A DNA stretch of 64,000 nucleotides, from NCBI GenBank assembly GCA_036172245.1, contig JAYWIR010000004.1, positions 5,084,001 through 5,148,000 on the forward strand. The letters run 5' to 3'. Position numbers and translations under genes: made by a program. Every line of letters begins with the position of its first letter. Positions within the stretch are counted from its first letter, which is position 1. The stretch comes from Raillietiella orientalis (taxonomy: Eukaryota). The notes under the pieces were generated by a model. It did not search any database. It was not told where the DNA came from and saw only the letters and a program-made list of their open reading frames with translations. Of the stretch, positions 1 to 12,539 are shown in pieces.

Positions 1-197
1 GGAAATGTTCCAGAAGTATGATGCTATATTTCTAAAAACGAAACCATGTTTTGCTTTTAGAAATTTAAGATCATTTACTGTTCTCAGTGAATCAGAGAGA
101 AAGATCTCTGAAGCATAACGTTTAAAATTGAGATTTGTATCGATAAACTCCTATTCATTGATTTGCTTTATCTTGAAGCTCTAAAAATTTTTTCCAG

Positions 198-3100
198 GCA
201 AGTTGGTACTGAAGATTCCATGGAAAAGCTTGTATACTAGTCCTGTAGAAATTTCAATTGAAGATTTATATGCCGTATTTGTTCCGATTCATAAAATAGA
301 ATATGATGAAGAAAAAGAAAAGAAAGATTTAAAAGAAGCAAAAAGAAAACTACTGGAAAAAATCACACTCAGTAAAAAATTTTTAAAAGAAAAAGGTAAT
401 GTAGAATTTAAAAATCGTGATATTACACAAGCCATCATCCAGGAAAAGACAAAGAAAATCAGACATTTGTTGAGAAGCTCATATTCCAAATAATAAAGAA
501 TGTTCAGATAAGCATCAGTAACATACATGTTTGCTACGAAACTGCACTAGCAAATCGTGAAGAGAATTTTCGTGTTGGAGTCACCCTTCACGCCCTCAAA
601 GTGCAAACCACCGATAGCAATTGGTCTTACACCTTTGTACATGATTCTTCGATGTTGATTTATAAGGTATGAGAATAAGTGACCTTGTTTTACTTATTTT
701 AGAGGAGATAGATTCTAGATTTAGACTGTTTGGCACTATACTGGAAAAAAGGAGATTTTCCATTGAGTGATTCTGAAAATTTATATGCCCATATGCAAAG
801 AGGTATTGCTAACAAGGAGAACACTCCGTATAAAGATTCCTATAGTATGAATAAAAGGTGTTGGTATTCTGTATTGTGGACTTTTGAATTGTAGTTATCA
901 ATCCCATTTGTATGGATTTAAAACTTCGGATAAGCCCCTCACCTGAGATTACAGGGTATGGAATACCAAAAATTTATGCGACATTAGCTTTGAAAGAAAT
1001 CACTCTCATATTTCGTAAATACCAGTATGAGGATTTGATTTCTTTAATGGATACTTTCACACTTATGAGTTTTGGAATGCCTTACCGAAAATTTAGGCCT
1101 TCAGTGAAATCATTCCGCCACCATTATCGTGAATGGTAAGCTGTTCATTAACAAGGAATTTATATCTTTCCATAAGGTGGATTTTTGCCTATACATGTGT
1201 GCTCCAAGACATCCAAAGAAGAAGAAGAGAATTCACATGGGATTACATCCAGGAACATAGAAATCGTTGCAAAGCATATAAAGAAATTTACTTCAAAAAA
1301 TTAACAAACCAACGATTAGCTCCAGAAGTCTTGAGTCATTTGGAAATGCTTGAAGATCAACTTGACGCATTCAATATTATGTTAATTCAATCTCAAGCAG
1401 AAATAGAGGTCAGGATTTAGTTATCTGTGGTTTGTAGAAGAAAAAAAATCAACAATAGGCAGAAAAATTTCTTGCAAATACTGATTCCCATGTTACTGAC
1501 TCTAAAGAAGGAGGCTGGTGGTGGGGTTGGTTATCTTGGAAAAGCGAGGATAAATCTGCATCTGGTTCCAAGAGTATGGAAGGTAGCACTGCGTTTTTGA
1601 AACCAACTTCTATCTATTGTTCCAATTAAGATATTCAAAAGAAGTTAAATGAAGCTTTAACTTCTGTGGAAAAGCATAAACTTTATGAAGCCATTGGTTT
1701 CAATCAAGGTGAACCAATTAAAATGCATCCTATTGAGTTTGTGGAAAATGAAATAGAATTTGATCTGGCAACATTCAGCTTTGCATTTTTTATGGATTTT
1801 GAAGAAGTTCTGCGTGTTTCATTGTCAGGAAACACATTACATGCAAAGCAAAGACCATCAGCTGATGCACTTACGTAAGAAAATTTTTTTCAGATCAGTA
1901 GGGATATCTACTTTGTATGGTACAGAGTCATTGCTGGCATCCAGAATTTGGAAATCTTTGGAAGAAAATTGCCTAAACCACTAGTGCATTCTGCTGGTGA
2001 TCCTACTGATAAGTTGTTAGAACTACTTATAGAGACCAATCCTCTGGATAAAAAATGCAACCAATATATTAAAATGAGATCTCAGGCACTGGAAATTCAG
2101 TATGATAACGAGGTTCTAGAGAAGTTGGTCCAGATTTTTTCAGCTGCGAGCTATGTAGCAGTACAAGAGTAAGCCCGAAAAAATCAATAATGTAAAATGT
2201 TTGCCACAATTCCTCAGGATGCAACTCAGAGCACGCAGCAAAATATATGGTTTGCGAGAACAATCAATAGGAGGACTGAAACATTTGATAGACAAAAGAA
2301 AGATTGTGGACATTGACATTCAATTGCTTCCTTCTTATATGGTGCTGAAAGATAATGAAGGACATTCTTTGGTGCTATGTTTAGGAGAATTCATAGTACA
2401 TAGTCAACATGCTAGTGCTGATGCTATAGCTCGATATACAGAGTTAGTGCAAACTGGTGCTTCCGATGGAGCTATTTTTGAAGCATTGAAGTCCTTTAGT
2501 TATGACTCGTTGCAAATCCAGCTGTCAAATGTTCAAGCCTTAATGCTATTACCTCATGAAGTCAGCATCGTAAATACCGCGGATTTGTTTCAGAAAGTCA
2601 CTCACATGCATCTACTGCTTCCCAATAACTTATGTATACAGTTAAAAAGATGTGTTATACCAGATGACCCACGTCTTCCTCATTTAATAGTGTCAGTCAG
2701 ACTCCATTCAGTGCAGATGCAATTATCCAAGGCAAGACTACTCGCTCTTAGTAATTTGTTGTCCTCTCTGCTCATACCTTGGACAGAAACGAACAATAAG
2801 CCAAATCCTATTGACATTTCTGGGTCTAGTGTTTCCTCAAAAGTTGTTGAGTTACCCATCCCAGAACTTATGCTTCAAGAAAAAGACCAATCAACAGATT
2901 TATCACCAAAGGAAAGTAACATTACACAGTTGGAATTGCAAGTAGAATTAGAAGGTACGGAGGCGGAACTTGTTGCTTCTCTAATGTTCAGTAGGAATCT
3001 GTTTTTCATTGAATGAAGAGAAAGGCACTGATGTTATGCCATGGGTGCAGGCAGGAGTCTCTCGTTTAATTTTGAACTTGAAGAAAGAGCAATTTGAACT

Positions 3101-6100
3101 AGAAATTTCTTTTAAGCTGAATGAAGTATTCATGAAACATCAATTGGAAAACGTAGACATACTGAGTACACCATGGGAGCAGGATGAGCAACATTTGCTT
3201 GAAGTATATTATGAATCGGTAGGCCATCTCTTTGCCTGTCGGTCTTGAATAGTAATCAGTATTATGTAGTTGGACCCTCAATCCAGTCGATATCGGGAAA
3301 TTCGACAAAGTCTAGATATCAAATTTTCGCATCTGAAAATACTTGCACATTTGGAAATACTAGTTGGTTTGTTACAGTTTATCACGGAAATGAGACAGGA
3401 GCTTCAAAAACATCAACCAATACTAAATGAACTGTCTGCCCCTACTACTTTGCAGAAAGCACTCAGTCATGCATCATTAGGAGTACCAGGTTTGAATGGA
3501 TCGTATGGTTGTGATTGAAAATGTTTGTGTTAGGAAAGAATGCATTCGGTTCAAGGGATATCCTTTTGTCCTTTCGTACTCGTGTTCTTTTTGTGTCGCT
3601 TGAAATTGCAACTGCGTCGAGTCAGATAGCAAAATTGGAAGCAAGGCAGTTAACAGTACAATTACATTCACAGAGATCTACCCAGAAGATAAAGATAACT
3701 CTAAGATCTGTTTGCATTACAGACTTAGATCCAGAGAGCATCTATCCTGAGGTTGGTATGCATTACATTAAAAATAAAATTGGTTTCGCAGATTCTGAGC
3801 ATCTTGGATAAAGAAACTTTTAATGTAGAAATACAGACATATGAACGTGACCCAGATCTTCACGATTATACATCAGTTGATGCTAGTTGTAAGACCTCAC
3901 TAGGTCAAATAAGGATATGTTTTTTATATCGTTTTGTCTTTTGTTTACTGGTAAGGAGACATTTTCGCCTTTGATCTCTACAGAGTGCTTTAGAAATTCA
4001 TTAACAGTCTGATGTCTAGCACAGCAGTGGTACATGCTTCTCGAAAAGCAGTGGAGGCAGCCTGGGAGAATGTAGAACAAGCATATAAGCATCCTGATTA
4101 CCGTATCAAGCTTGAAGTTGATCTTAAGGTACTCTTATAGCTGAAATGATAGTTTTTCTCAAATGCTGTAGCCATATTAGTGTCTAGAACTTTCTTATTT
4201 TGTTAGGCACCAACTGTAGTGATTCCTCAAAACTCACGCAGTTCGTTGGTGATTCATTTAGACTTTGGTCACATGACTTTAACTAATCGGTTTGAAAGAG
4301 GCAAAAAATCATATAACAAAGTCATCCCGTTGTTTGAATATTTACAGCTGAAATTGGTAGATGCTAAGATATCCCGGTAAGTCATAATGATGTAAATAGT
4401 TTGATATTCGCGATATGCAGAAAGGACCTGCAGTATACATCGGGGTCTCTTACAAGTGAATTTCTTATTCTTTCTCCTGTAACATTCATTCTAAACATAA
4501 TCCGTAACCATTCTACAGCTGCAGTCCCAAATGTTCCGGAATTGAACGTTACGTGCACTTTGCCTTCTATTCAGGTTTAGCGAATTGTGGTTTTCTTGTT
4601 GTACATCCAAATACTTAGGTTCAAATGTCCCAAGAAGATTATTCCGTGATTATGTCCACGTTAGAAGAAAATTTGCAAGAAACGTGTGATGCGATCTCTT
4701 TTATGCAGGATAAACCAGTTATTGAAGAACAGCAGAATGGCATGAATACAGCTACATTACAAGAATCTGGTATTTTTCTGGAATCGTAGCTTTTCGTTAC
4801 CCCTTTTTTTTCTATGTCGGTATAAACTACAATTGAATGCTCTATTTTCAGATGAGAAACCCAAACCGATTGCTTCCAAAGAAGAAGTCAAGTCTCAATC
4901 CAAACAAATTTTGTTTTCTTTGTTGCTGGATTCATCCACTCTTTCCCTTTTCATGGATTCGGTATGAAGACTGTATTAAAGTTTATTTACACATTTCAAG
5001 TAGTCCAGAATGCATGGATTGGCTAAGTTGATAATTGAAAATCTATCCATAAAAGGAGAAATGTTATCAGACAATTCGTTGTTCCTCACTTTGCTGTTGG
5101 AAGATATTAGTGTGTATGATCAAAGGCCCCTGCGTAACCCGGATGGTTTGCTTCGCATTCTGTCCCGCAAGGAGGAAATAGAAAAGAGCACCACTATGGT
5201 TTTGCACACTTCGTTTCAGCAGAAAGATGAAAGAATCAGTAAAAGTACATCATTCATGTGCAGTATTTTATAATTATCACATGTTTCAGTTGAAACTAAG
5301 ATCTGCAGCCTATGTTTAGTTGCCAGTTTGGATTTCATTATGTCTTTCTCAAGTTTCTTTACGGTAAAAAGATCGTCTCCAGAATCCAGCCCCCACAATA
5401 AGGGGAAAAAAACAACCTCTCCCGTATCAAAAATTTCTGATTCTTCTCAGGATCAGAAAATTACAATTTTTTACTTGATTTTGGATCAGCCAGATATTGC
5501 ACTGATCGAAGACATGGATAATATTCAGAGCAATGCAGTAGTCTTTAATGTATGACTTGTGTCACTGTTGAGCATATCAACTGTTTTCTTAGATCGAATT
5601 GAAATCTGAAATGCAATTAGAGGGAGGCAGCCTGCAAGGTCATGTGGAACTAGCAAATATCCAGTTGTACACTTGCTGTTTTCATCCAGCAGTACGTCAA
5701 GAAACTATGTCACAAGTAAGACTGAGGAGAAGCAGAAAGAGTACAGGTTTTTGTTTAGATTGTGTCTCCCACTTCTTTAGCATGCGATATTAAGTTGAAT
5801 GAGCAAATTATGGAAGTTATATTGAATCTCAATCAGCTGTTTGTCCATGTCACTCCAAGTGCTATTCACACATTAATAAAAATTGCCAGTAGCGTGAAAT
5901 TTTCATCTGTTCAAGAAGAAAACCTTCAAGAACAACTTTCGGGGGATGAACTCTGGGTTCTGCAGCCATTGCACGAATGCAATTATTCCTTCCTAGAAGT
6001 TGGTAATTTAGTACATCTTTTTGCCATGATTATTCAAATACTAATGTTGCAGAAGAAGCTGAGAAAGCATCATCATTGTTACATGATGCGAGCGAAGCAC

Positions 6101-9100
6101 AACAGACAAATGCTTACTCGAGTCATGAGCGCCTACTGCTGATCGTGAAGCATGTAGGAATCACTATTGAAATAGGAAGAGAAAATCAAACCGTTCCAGT
6201 ACTTTTGCTTGAATCTGGTTTAACTGTGGAAGCACTGGATTGGAGTAAAGAGGTACTTAGAGGTACTGCTCTACTTCAAAACCTACGTTTGTTCGTTTTT
6301 TTCTCCTTTAGATACATTTAATTAGTCAACTTCATCTCGAAGTTGCCTATTACAATTTGTGTCTTTCTGTATGGGAGCCAATTCTGGAGCCAGTGCATGA
6401 TACGCTAAATAACAGTTTGATACGTCGTCCTTGGATTGTACAGTTGGAAGTGAGCCAGAATAAAGGAGATAATGCACATGCTTCATGCCTTGAGGAATCT
6501 GATATGCAGGTTTTACCAGTTCCTCAGTCCGAATTATCCATATTTCTAACTAGTGAGGTGAGAAAACTTTATAAAGTTATTGCTCTTCCATTCACGAACA
6601 TTAGGATCCATTGGAGCTGACTTTTACCAAGACATGCTTAGATGTGTTGAATGATTTGAGTGTAGCTTTTGCCAAACCTACACAGTTGGTTGGATCAAAA
6701 TTGAAAGGGATTCCTGGCACCTATGTTGTGATAAACGATCTTGGCCAAAATGTGACGCTCCTTATGCCTCAAGAGAGTCGTTCTCTAGAAGTAATTGTGA
6801 AATTCTAACTCCATTTACTGAAAGTTTGCTGTACCTCGCAGCCATTGGGAGAAAATAAATCACGGAACTCCATACATCTGAGAAATGGCGACCAGGTTGA
6901 GCTGCGCCTACCTAAAACAGATCCTTCTAGTGAGATATCATCCGTTTTGAGACTGCAAGAAATGACAGGAGAAATAAAAGCAAGTTTGCTGATACAGGTA
7001 AATCGTAGTTCTACCACTTTGTGTTGAGTACCGTTGTTCAGGTCGAACCATTTGAATCTTCTGTGGAATGTCAGATAAATCGTTCTGATTGTCGATATTA
7101 TGCACTTTCAGAAAGGTCCTCAATAGGGGAAGGCCTAGTTCTTGATATTCGAACACAAAGTGCTTACAACATAATGACTTTGCGAAGTTCCGTGCAGGTA
7201 TTTGAGGCATTATGTTTATTGCAGGTTGTTCAGTTCTCATAGGTGCGGAACCACTTAACATTTGCATTGCATGTTTATTGCAAAGAAAACTCAAGCAATG
7301 AAGTGCAACTCATAGGGCAAGTCTTAGCAGGACAGCATTTCAATCTTCCCTTAAAAGTCTTGCAAAACTTCCTACCAGAATTGTATTTTGCTGCCGAAGG
7401 GTATGGTCCGAGCATAAATTGCTTTTCTTGGAAAGCACTTCTGCATTTTCCTCAAAAGAAAGAGGTTTTAAAATCGTGTAGTTCGCAGGGTCTTTGTTTA
7501 TTTCTGATGGTATAATCATGTTGCTTATAAAGGAAATCGTTTTGAAGATTAACTCCCAAGGTTGAAGGTCAAGTGGAGCAGCTAATGTGTGCAGGCACAT
7601 CCAGACATTCCTTGCTTAGTGCTTCTTATACGGTCAATGTATTTCCTGTGGCTGTTTTGAGGAACCTCTTGCCAATACCACTGTATTGGTCCCTTGAAGC
7701 CTCCGATCATCAACTTAATCCTGGTGAATCTGTGGAATTGTTATCAATCGATTGGACTAAGGAAGTATATTTGAATTTGAAGGTAACCTTTATGCTGATT
7801 TGCTTCATCTGAGCAATATGTCAGTTGCATGCATACCAAGGTCACAGTTGGAGCTGTTACCGCCAATTGAAGGAATCTAAACAGAACTCTGATCTCGATT
7901 CTTGGACGTTTGTAAGCAGTAAGGATGAGCTGACTTTGGAACTCGGTGTTCACAGTGCTTTGGAAGAAAAGATATGGACTGTGAAACTCTTTGCACCCTA
8001 CTGGATGATCAATAAGACAGGTCTGATGCTTCTGTACCAAGTAAGTTGAGGGAGATGGGGAAACTTGCGCCTAATTAAGAGATTGTAGAGCGTTGCCTCA
8101 TCTCCATCGCACCTCTTCAAGGTACTGCTGCATCGTATCTCTCCTTGCCTTCTCAGTGACAAATCTGTGTCTCAGGAAACTGCTTCACCAGACAGCTTGT
8201 TTCTTCATCCATCAGACTTGCCTTGGCCATTGATGTTTTTTTTCAAAGGCAGCAACTTCATGTCAAAAAATAAACTAAAACTTAGAGTGGAGAATAGTCA
8301 GTGGTCTGAAGGATTTAGCATTCACGGAGCAGGCAGTGCCGGAGTAGTGAAGTGTACAAAAGACGATAGGATATACAAGGTACTTGCTTTTATGAATTAG
8401 AATTGTCTTAATCATTAGTTTGTGTTTTTTCTAGATTGGGGTTAAAGTGAAGCTAGCCTCATCGGGCTTAACCAGAATAGTGATCTTCCAATCCCACTTT
8501 CTGGTGGCCAATAACTGCCCTTTTGAAATCGAAATTACTGAAAATAAATTAGAATGGTTGCCTATAGGTGTAAAAGAATGCAAGTCTTTCTGGCCACAAG
8601 ATTCGACTTCGCCGATTCGCCTGAGAATAAAAGGCTCAACCTGCGTCTCTTCACTTTTTCATTATCACAGCTCCATGAATTCACTTCTTCGCTTGGAGTG
8701 TGAAGTACAGTATAAGACCCGAAAAATCTACAATTGAGGCTCAATATTTTTTCCAGTATGGAGCAGTTAATGTTGAAGTACATGTTCTGGATGCTGGAGT
8801 GCTAATATCATTCAGCAAGTTCGTTCCAGGAATGATACCTGTGCAGCTAATCAATCATACAAGCAATATCGATTTTCTAATATGGCAGCATGGCTTTTCG
8901 GGAAAACCCCAAAAACTCCAAGCAAAACATGTTCTCAATTATGCATGGCATGCTCCATCACGGACAAAGAATTTAATTTTCAAGGCAGCTAATCTGGAAT
9001 TCTCTTGCAATATTGAAAGTGATAACTCTGGAACTCACAATCTGGGCACCCTCCAAGTGCATTGGATCAGTTTTCTGAATGGTGTCCAACGTACCTTTCT

Positions 9101-11418
9101 TTTGACCCAAGATGCATCAATAGTTAAATCTCTACATGTTGAAGGAGTTTTGGAGCAATCTGTCAATCAGCTAACGTTAAATTTTAGCCGTATTGGTCTC
9201 TCGGTGGTCAACAACATTAAACGCCAAGAACTGTTTTATCTGTGCATCGCCAATTCAGGTGTCATTTGGGAGACTGCAAAACGAGCGCATCTGCCCTTCC
9301 GTGCCGTTTCTCCAAAGGAAAATTTTGTGCTTGAAAAAGGATATCAGCAGTTCCTTGTTGCCGGACAGAACTCTGAAGCGATACCTTTTCTAGATGAAAC
9401 CGGTCACTATGAGGTAGGAAGAGGGGGAGAGAACAAAGGAAAGTAACCAAAAACTTTTTGTGAAGGTGGATTTCAGCCTAATGGAGATGAAGCGTCCTCA
9501 CCGGCGACTCCTTCGCCGCATCTTCGAATATGCAATGTGGCTGGAAGTGAAATGGGGCCAAAGAAACCGCTACATCCATGGGAAACTTTATTATCTACAG
9601 CTTGATAGCCAAATTCCTAACTGTGTGTTTAGTACAGTGCTGGCCCCAGTCCCTCCTCCAAAAACCATCTCTGGCAGCAAAAGTAAATATACATGACATA
9701 GATTGATTGTTTGATGATTTTTTTTGGTTTGCAGCTCATCAATCCTTTATAGAGATGAGCACTGTGGTACGCAAGTCAGAGATAGGAATGTTTTATGAGT
9801 TTAGATATGCTAAACTGTTGGTTCAGGAATTTTCAATCCAATTAGACCAACTGTTTATCAATGCTATTTTGGAATTTCTAGCCAGTGAAGAGAAGACATC
9901 AAATGTGCGACAAATAGAACAAGACATGGTGGTTTTTAAGGAAGACCTGGCCACCTACGCCTCGTTGGATTCATTGCAGCAACAACGACATTACTTTCAC
10001 TTTCTTCACTTATCTCCTCTGAAGTTGCATCTCAGTTTCTCTTTGACTGGATTGGGTGAACAAAAAGGGCATCCTACAGGTGTTCATTCCCTTTTGCTGA
10101 ATGCACTGTTGCAAACACTTGGTGTGACACTTACTAATCTGCAAGATGTCGTGTTTCGACTTGGTTATTTTGAGCACCAAAGGCGTTGGATGAATACAGC
10201 ACAGCTTCAAAATGAGATCTGTGATCATTATGTGGCTCAGGTCCTACAGCAGTTTTATAGAGTGGTGCTTGGGTTGGATGTATTAGGAGATCCTCTTGGA
10301 CTGGTGACAGGATTGGCAGAAGGAGCAAGGGATCTCTTTTATGAACCATATCAAGTAAGTCTGGTTGTGAAGAAAATTAACTTATAATATCCGGGGTTCC
10401 TTTTTTAGGGAGCAATTCAAGGACCAGAAGAATTTGTGGAAGGTGTTGCACTTGGAGTAACCAGCATGTTCAGCAAATCTGTGGGGGGAACTGCTGGAGC
10501 ACTAGCCAAAATGACAAGTTCTATTGGACGTGGAGTAGGTGCACTTACGTTTGACAAGGATTATCAGAGAAGACGGCGTACACGCACTCGGCCACAAAAC
10601 ATTTCGGAAGGTCTTGCTAGGGGTATCACAGATGTTGGCCAAGAACTGTATGCTGGTGTTGCTGGAGTTGTTATGAAACCAATATCTGGAGCACGCAGTG
10701 AAGGAGTTGAAGGATTCTTTATAGGGATGGGTCAAGGAATGATTGGATTGATTGCTAGACCAGTCGCAGGCATGGTAGATATGACTACAGGAACACTGGA
10801 ATCTGTTAGAGAGTAAGTGCCGTGCCTACAGGGTTAACTGATGAAAAGTGTTTTTTAAGCATGGCAGTTGCAGGCAAGCAAGTGCACTCTTTGCGTCCTC
10901 CACGCCACTTCAGGCAAGATGGCATTGTAAGGCCCTATGATCTGCATGATGCTGAGGGTCACAAACTGCTTATGGTGGGAGATATGGGTTGAGCAATATG
11001 TTTGAGTGTGCAATTCAGGAGCTGGATAAAGGTCGACTGGTCCTAACAGATGCATATGTTGGCCATGTTCCTCTCAAAAATGGAATCTTTTTGTTAACCA
11101 ACAAACGTGTTCTTCTTGCCACAAGAAAGGAACTGCTTGGTCGTTGGGTTATCAGTTGGCAGCATTTGCTCTCGGAACTCTCAGGACCCCCTTGGATTTC
11201 AGAAAGAGGTCTTGAAATTCCGGTTAGAGTATCCCATTCATGGATTTCAAGCCTTTTCGCCACACATGAAAATGGGAGAGTAATTGCTTTAGGTCCAAAT
11301 CATGAACAGATGAGCAAAGTAAGCCACAAAATTGTGCGCAATTGTCGTCGTGACCCTGTTTATTTAGTACCTACTGGACAGGTTTACAGAGATTTTAAAT
11401 TACGGGAAAGCTTGCTGA
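198..11418 (+). CDS. VPS13: Vacuolar protein sorting 13 (VPS13A/C-like) bridge-like lipid transfer protein; 5'-partial (first exon(s) upstream of window), about 40 short introns
   Basis: Spliced exons give chorein-N ([46 protein letters not shown]), PDDPRLP, LKAPTVVIP..DFGH, VAB repeat ([11 protein letters not shown]), [11 protein letters not shown]1/ATG2_C motifs ([48 protein letters not shown]), LRPPRHF and a PH-like end. GT-AG introns keep frame, e.g. 396-442, 667-711, 845-894, 1136-1176, 1409-1458, 7510-7560, 8041-8088, 11319-11367. Last exon 11368-11418 reads [16 protein letters not shown]. Confidence 0.96.
11359..11364 (-). terminator. Candidate polyadenylation signal (AATAAA) for NATD1, lying inside the last VPS13 intron
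   Basis: TTTATT on + (AATAAA on -), about 57 nt past the NATD1 stop. Confidence 0.45.
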
Positions 11419-11420
11419 TT

Positions 11421-11819
11421 TCACCGAATCATCAAACCAGCATACTGTTGGAATGCAAGTTGATTCAACAGATGCCTCAGATAGCTGCAGCTAACACGCA
11501 TTCGGTAACCGCGCTTAGCGGTGTAGCTGAAGGCTGCCTACGACAACAACAGGGGGAAAAAAAAATGATCAGTGCCTCATTGAACCCGGCACTCACTTTT
11601 GCAAGGATTTTGCCGATTCCCCTGTTCCGTAACTTTACGGGAACGCGCGTGTGTAATAAATCGATTGTCGCATCATCGGCTATCCTGTAGCATAGCACAG
11701 CTTTCCCTGCATTTACAATTCGGAACGGGAGTACAGATTTACGTCAGTTTACCCTGGCTTTTGAAATCGATGACAAATCTCTGAGCGAATTGGTCGTGTA
11801 TTACTTGCAGGTCCTCCAT
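11421..11819 (-). CDS. NATD1: NATD1-like (YjdJ/GNAT acetyltransferase-fold) small protein, 97 aa, 3 exons
   Basis: Exons 11819-11753, 11706-11597, 11537-11421 total 294 nt and read MEDLQVIHDQFAQRFVIDFKSQGKAVLCYRIADDATIDLLHTRVPVKLRNRGIGKILAKAAFSYTAKRGYRMRVSCSYLRHLLNQLAFQQYAGLMIR*. HT-VP..RGIG and CSY are NATD1/YjdJ-type motifs. An in-frame stop lies upstream of the ATG. Confidence 0.9.
11655..11660 (+). terminator. Candidate polyadenylation signal (AATAAA) for VPS13, lying antisense inside NATD1 exon 2
   Basis: First AATAAA on + after the VPS13 stop. Confidence 0.45.
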
Positions 11820-12539
11820 GATTTGCAGCTCGCTTCCAGGAATTCGAAATTCTCCTACGCTTCACTCAATCGTGCAGCCCACGGGAAGGAGACTACAAAG
11901 CCGGAGCGATTCCTTTCGTCCCTCAGTCGCCCCCGAAACTGATGGCTCCGCTTGCGGGGGTAATGGCGGCGCCCGCTTGCCCACCGGACGTCTCTTCAGA
12001 TTGCGCATCAAGCGCTTTCTTTCCTTTCTCCTCTCCCTCGGCGCGCCGCCGCGGATCCAGCCAGCCGGGCGGTGGCGCGCTCGCAGGCAGGCGGTGCTGC
12101 CGCCGCCTGCTGAGTGGGAGCGGCGAAGCTGTGGGGCCGGCGCGGGCTCGGGAATCCACCGAGAGGCGTAGTAAATGTAGGCGCGCGCACCTACACATGC
12201 GCACTTGTTGCGGGTCAAAGGAGACCGCGACGACCTTTTTTTCTTTCTTTCGTCGGGACTGACCGCTGGCCGGATGGCGATGGTCGAACGACGCCAGAGA
12301 TTTGCAATCTCGACTGACTTCCGCGTGTGGCAGAAGTGATGGCTCGTACGGATGCGTGGATCGTCTTCCTGTTGTCAATTCGATGATGAAGACTTCGAGA
12401 TGTTCCAGTTGCAAAGTGCCATCTATCCTTTACACGTCTTCGTCGAATGCTCCCGTCACTTTAAGATTTTCATAATAGTTGGGAATCATAATCCTTGAGC
12501 CGGAAAACTTTCCAGAACTTTGGAAAAGACCGGAAGCCA

